Below are positions 59,143 to 64,000 of a stretch of 64,000 nt of DNA, piece by piece (position 1 is the stretch's first letter; the number at the start of each line of letters is the position of its first letter). Origin of the DNA: Centroscyllium fabricii (lineage: Eukaryota); contig JBNRSN020000005.1 in assembly GCA_051313645.2 (NCBI GenBank), forward strand, positions 123,938,001-124,002,000, in the 5' to 3' direction. The translations under genes were made by a program, and so were the position numbers. The notes under the pieces are model-generated. The model worked only from the letters and a program-made list of their open reading frames with translations, was not told where the DNA came from and made no database searches.

Positions 59143-60002
59143 CAGGTACACAACCCTTTATCCGAAAACCTCGGGACCGGGCGGATATCGGTTTTCAGAT
59201 ATTTCGGTTTTGAGAATTGGCCCAGTGCGCATTGCTAGGTTTGCAGTCTAGTTCGCAGTCAGGATATATACGAAATATCCACAAAAATAACTTTACCAAA
59301 CATGACATTTATCAACAGACAACGACGGTCCCTTTTCAATTAGTTTTAAACAAAGCGCGGAATTGTAGAGTTATGTACTGATTCTCCCGCGGGCCCAGGA
59401 ATATAGATAATTCATTCGGAGGAATATCCGTGTCGTACCTTGGTGGAAAGATTACACAAGTGAAACCGCGAGTTGTGCTGAGCAGGACCGGTGATGCGGG
59501 CTGCGCGGCTGGAACAATCATTGCCAGGGAGACGCATAGCCTCGGCTCGCGTGGTGCGAGTGCGCGCGCTCTACAAGCAGGAACGGCATATCGGCCACAA
59601 CAACAGAAAATGCTGGAGAAACTCAGCAGGCCAGGCAGAATCGGTGGCGAGAGGAGCAGAGTTGATGTTTCAGGCATATCGGCCGTTTGGAACAGGAGAT
59701 CGGCCGTTTTTTTCCTGATGTGGAGATGCCGGTGTTGGACTGGGGTGGACAAATGTAAGAAGTCACACAACACCAGGTTATAGCCCAACAGTTTTATTTG
59801 AAATCACAAGCTTTCGGAGCGCTGCTCCTTCCTCAGCACGTCATCAACAGCACGAACTCAAGGTAAAAACATATTTTTTCTGCTGCAGCTGGTCACTTCC
59901 TTTATTTATTTAAGAAAAAAATGGTTAATTTGGCACAACCCCGGACTTCAGTTTTTGGAGCTTTTCGGTTTTTGGAGTTGTGGATAAAGGATTGTGTACC
60001 TG
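59143..60002. mobile_element. Tigger-like MITE carrying two Penelope-like inserts
   Basis: TIRs caggtacacaacccttta / taaaggattgtgtacctg with TA TSD; inserts at 59597-59672 and ~59716-59836. Confidence 0.85.
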
Positions 60003-60521
60003 TACACTCAAAATAGATAACCAGGTGATTAGGGCTGTTTAAAATAATACTTTCATTCTCTGTTTGGCACAAGTGTCCCAGCGAGCAATGGTAAATAGGC
60101 AGTAGTTACCAATTGCTTTTGCAAGAGTAAGTGCAGCCAAGAGAGATCTTTTGAAAATTTTATTTTTGGTAAACTACATTGTGTAATACTGCATTTCTAT
60201 AATTCACAGCTTGACATATGCACCTGTCAATGAAGTTTAAAGTTGTGAATGATTTAGATTTTCAATGATTTGTTTAGATTAATGCTATTTCTCATGGGGG
60301 AAAAAAAGTAAATTTCGGAGATGAGAAAGGTCACTGTTTCCATTCATACTGAAATTCATGGAAAATCTCGGGTTTTAAGGAGAAAAATACCACACACTCA
60401 GGTCAAACAGCAGCAGGAAATTTTGCCGAGTTATTTAAATAATTCTGGTCTGCACTCAACTTCTTCGCGCCCAATCACAGCTGAAAATGAGCAAGTCCTA
60501 CCGAGAGTAGAACGTAGTCAG

Positions 60522-62100
60522 AGCAAGACCAGAACCATAGACACATACAGCACAGACTGAACCAAAGACACATACAGCACGGACTGAACCAAAAACACAT
60601 ACAGCACGGACTGAACCAAAGACACATACAGCACGGACTGAACCAAAGACACATACAGCACGGACTGGACCAAAGACACATACAGCACGGACTGGACCAT
60701 AGACACATACAGCATGGACTGAACCAAAGACACATACAGCACGGACTGAACCATAGACACATACAGCACGGACTGGACCATAGACACATACAGCACGAAC
60801 TGAACCATAGACACATACAGCACGGACTGGACCAAAGACACATACAGCACGGACTGAACCAAAGACACATACAGCACGGACTGAACCAAAGACACATACA
60901 GCACGGACTGGACCAAAGACACATACAGCACGGACTGGACCATAGACACATACAGCATGGACTGAACCAAAGACACATACAGCACGGACTGAACCATAGA
61001 CACATACAGCACGGACTGAACCAAAGACACATACAGCACGGACTGAACCATAGACACATACAGCACGGACTGAACCAAAGACACATACAGCACGGACTGA
61101 ACCATAGACACATACAGCACGGACTGGACCATAGACACATACAGCACGGACTGGACCAAAGACACATACAGCACGGACTGAACCAAAGACACATACAGCA
61201 CGGACTGGACCATAGACACATACAGCACGGACTGAACCATAGACACATACAGCACGGACTGAACCAAAGACACATACAGCACGGACTGAACCATAGACAC
61301 ATACAGCACGGACTGAACCATAGACACATACAGCAAGACCAGAACCAAAGACACATACAGCAAGACCAGAACCATAGACACATACAGCACGGACTGAACC
61401 ATAGACACATACAGCACGGACTGAACCAAAGACACATACAGCACGGACTGAACCAAAGACACATACAGCACGGACTGGACCATAGACACATACAGCACGG
61501 ACTGGACCAAAGACACATACAGCACGGACTGAACCATAGACACATACAGCACGGACTGGACCATAGACACATACAGCACGGACTGAACCATAGACACATA
61601 CAGCACGGACTGAACCAAAGACACATACAGCACGGACTGAACCAAAGACACATACAGCAAGACCAGAACCATAGACACATACAGCACGGACTGAACCAAA
61701 GACACATACAGCAAGACCAGAACCATAGACACATTCAGCACGGACTGAACCATAGACACATACAGCACGGACTGAACCATAGACACATACAGCAAGACCA
61801 GAACCATAGACACATACAGCACGGACTGAACCATAGACACATACAGCACGGACTGAACCATAGACACATACAGCACGGACTGAACCATAGACACATACAG
61901 CAAGACCAGAACCAAAGACACATACAGCAAGACCAGAACCATAGACACATACAGCACGGACTGAACCATAGACACATACAGCACGGACTGAACCAAAGAC
62001 ACATACAGCACGGACTGAACCATAGACGCATACAGCAAGACCAGAACCATAGATACATACAGCACGGACTGAACCATAGACACATACAGCACGGATAGAA
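60522..62100. repeat. 27-bp minisatellite, ~58 copies
   Basis: Unit gacacatacagcacggactgaacca(t/a)a with variants; gives 9-aa periodic ORFs on the minus strand. Confidence 0.97.
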
Positions 62101-63104
62101 CCTAGATTGCATCCTGAAAATATACACTGTGGACAAACCTGGAGAGCACTAAGGAAATGTACAACATGGACAGATCCCGACAGCATTGGCAAAATGCACA
62201 TTGTAGAAAAAAGTGGACTCTTTGTATCCTTCACAAATTAATGGGCTAGCAGAGAGGAAGGAGTGAGTCATAAGTTGCATTTAGATTGCAGGGAGACCTG
62301 TGCCAGTGATGCTGGCATCGGACGATTGGGTCATTTCGAACCTGCAAATAAAGCTGCCGAGATTAGCAGGTGGGCAGATCCAGGATAAACCACCGGCCTT
62401 AGCCAAGCCTACCAAGTTTGCTTTTGGATGCTGCAGGCTGCACAAGACCTACTCACTGGAAGCTGGTGCCATTAACATGGGTCTTGCATAATATAAACGC
62501 AGCATCAGTCACCATGGGAAACCAAGTACTGTAGTTCAGAGTTTGAGAGGAGGAGCTACAGGGTTTGTTCGAAAGAACTGTGAACAGGTTTAGCATCTGT
62601 GACAAATAGGAGATCTTTCACAAATATTCTCTGGAAATAATTTCTCGTTTACTTGAAACATTCATGTGGATATTTGTTTTTAAATCAAGAGGCAAGAAAA
62701 TATTAGGGCCATCAAGCCCATTCCTGCTAAAGGCCACTTACAATCTACCACACCGTGGGCTCTCCCTGCTCGCTTAATCTCCTGAAGGGAAGTTCTGCAT
62801 CAATGGAAGCGGATACCAAAAACTCTAACCAATCCCTCCCCACATCCCCACTAATCAACCTTATCCAGCGGAGAACACCTCCATCCCCACAGGAGCCATG
62901 GAGTATTTAATCATCTCCAACTATAATTATCCCTATAATTTTTAGTGCGATTCACAACCAGGTATTTATCCAGATCCTCTTATGAATGAATTCACTGACT
63001 GTGCTTGGAGTCTGGTCTAAAGATCCACTGCTCTGCGGAGAACAAATTCTGCTAATTCTGGTCTTGATTCAACCTTACTCATTTTGAACCTGTGTCGGTC
63101 TCAT

Positions 63105-63260
63105 TCTGGTTTTTCGCCTCTCCCGGGAGATCACATGGGTTCGGGCAGGATGGAGAGTGAAAGTAGATTTGAGGTTAGGATCAGATCAGTCATGATCTTG
63201 TTGAATGGCGGTGCAGGCTCGAGGGGCCGATTGGCCTACTCCTGCACCTATTTCTTATGT
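63105..63260 (+). mobile_element. 3' fragment of the element family at 1-198
   Basis: tctggtttttcgcctctccc..gatcacatggg..ggcctactcctgcacctatttcttatgt. Confidence 0.75.
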
Positions 63261-64000
63261 TAACTTGGTATAAAGGGAAAGGTACTTCCACTGTCGTCAC
63301 TCAAGGAAACAATAACATTTTGGACCGTTAGATCTTACAAATCTTTATAATACATTTGTCCCTTCCACCATTCATCCCTCCACACACTCCAAGCTGGCAA
63401 AGAACTCCGAGGACACAGTTCATTCATCCACATGAATATGATCAACAGCTTTCATTCATTGCTAGAATCCTCTGTGTTTCCTTATTCTGTAAATCTGCCA
63501 TTCACAAAAAAAACAGAAGCAATTTAATTTAAATGGATCTCCAGACTCTGATCAAAAATTGCCAAATCCCAAGTAACTTTTCAATAATCAAATATGCTTC
63601 AAAAGACGCTATTTGAGTTACGTTTTTTCCATCTTTTCTTTCACCCTCCTAATCACTGAAACTTTACTTGCTTGGCTTCATTCAGCCTAACTGTCCAGCT
63701 AATGCCCAGTGAGTCATTATTCCTTGCTGTAATATCACAGCTGTCCCTGTGTACCAGCAAAACAGCTTTCTCATTGTCCGATGCTCGACGCTTTGTTTGT
63801 GGTCAGTCGCTCAGCACACAACAAAAGCTTGTTTGACCAACAGTGGTTCCAAAACAAAACCATGTTGGAGGAAGTGTTGTTAAGGACCTGAATTGATGTT
63901 CAGACAACTCCACACAGCTTCACAGCCAAACAGCATTCTCCTCATAAACATATACATTAACAAGCGCACAAAAGCATTCGTTATCCCTGTTAAATGAAAA

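Noticed and set aside
60475-62234. Long minus-strand ORFs (419, 524, 578 aa) as proteins
   Set aside because: By-products of a 27-bp unit lacking stops; no non-repetitive domain.

Overview
Eukaryotic (cartilaginous fish, shark-like) genomic DNA; no bacterial features, RNA genes or CRISPR. The one host gene is BCL11A on the minus strand: its large terminal coding exon (16064..14050; six C2H2 fingers, 22-Glu tract), a ~2.5 kb 3'UTR with poly(A) signal at 11527-11532, and ~48 kb upstream that is most simply read as intron (no upstream exon recognised). The rest is a dense transposon record: CR1, L2 and Rex1/Babar LINEs, V-SINEs (HE1-like), DeuSINEs, a Gypsy LTR element, a 1.2 kb solo LTR, PIF/Harbinger fossils and MITEs, Tigger-like MITEs, Penelope-like fragments with hammerhead cores, and a 27-bp minisatellite. 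Best leads: a Gypsy element whose PBS pairs with its own LTR (possible self-priming), hammerhead-bearing Penelope hairpins, a SINE tail swap between two CR1 partners, a long solo LTR, and a regularly spaced GAGGG..GGTGACA array. Family names come from recalled consensus features, not database searches.
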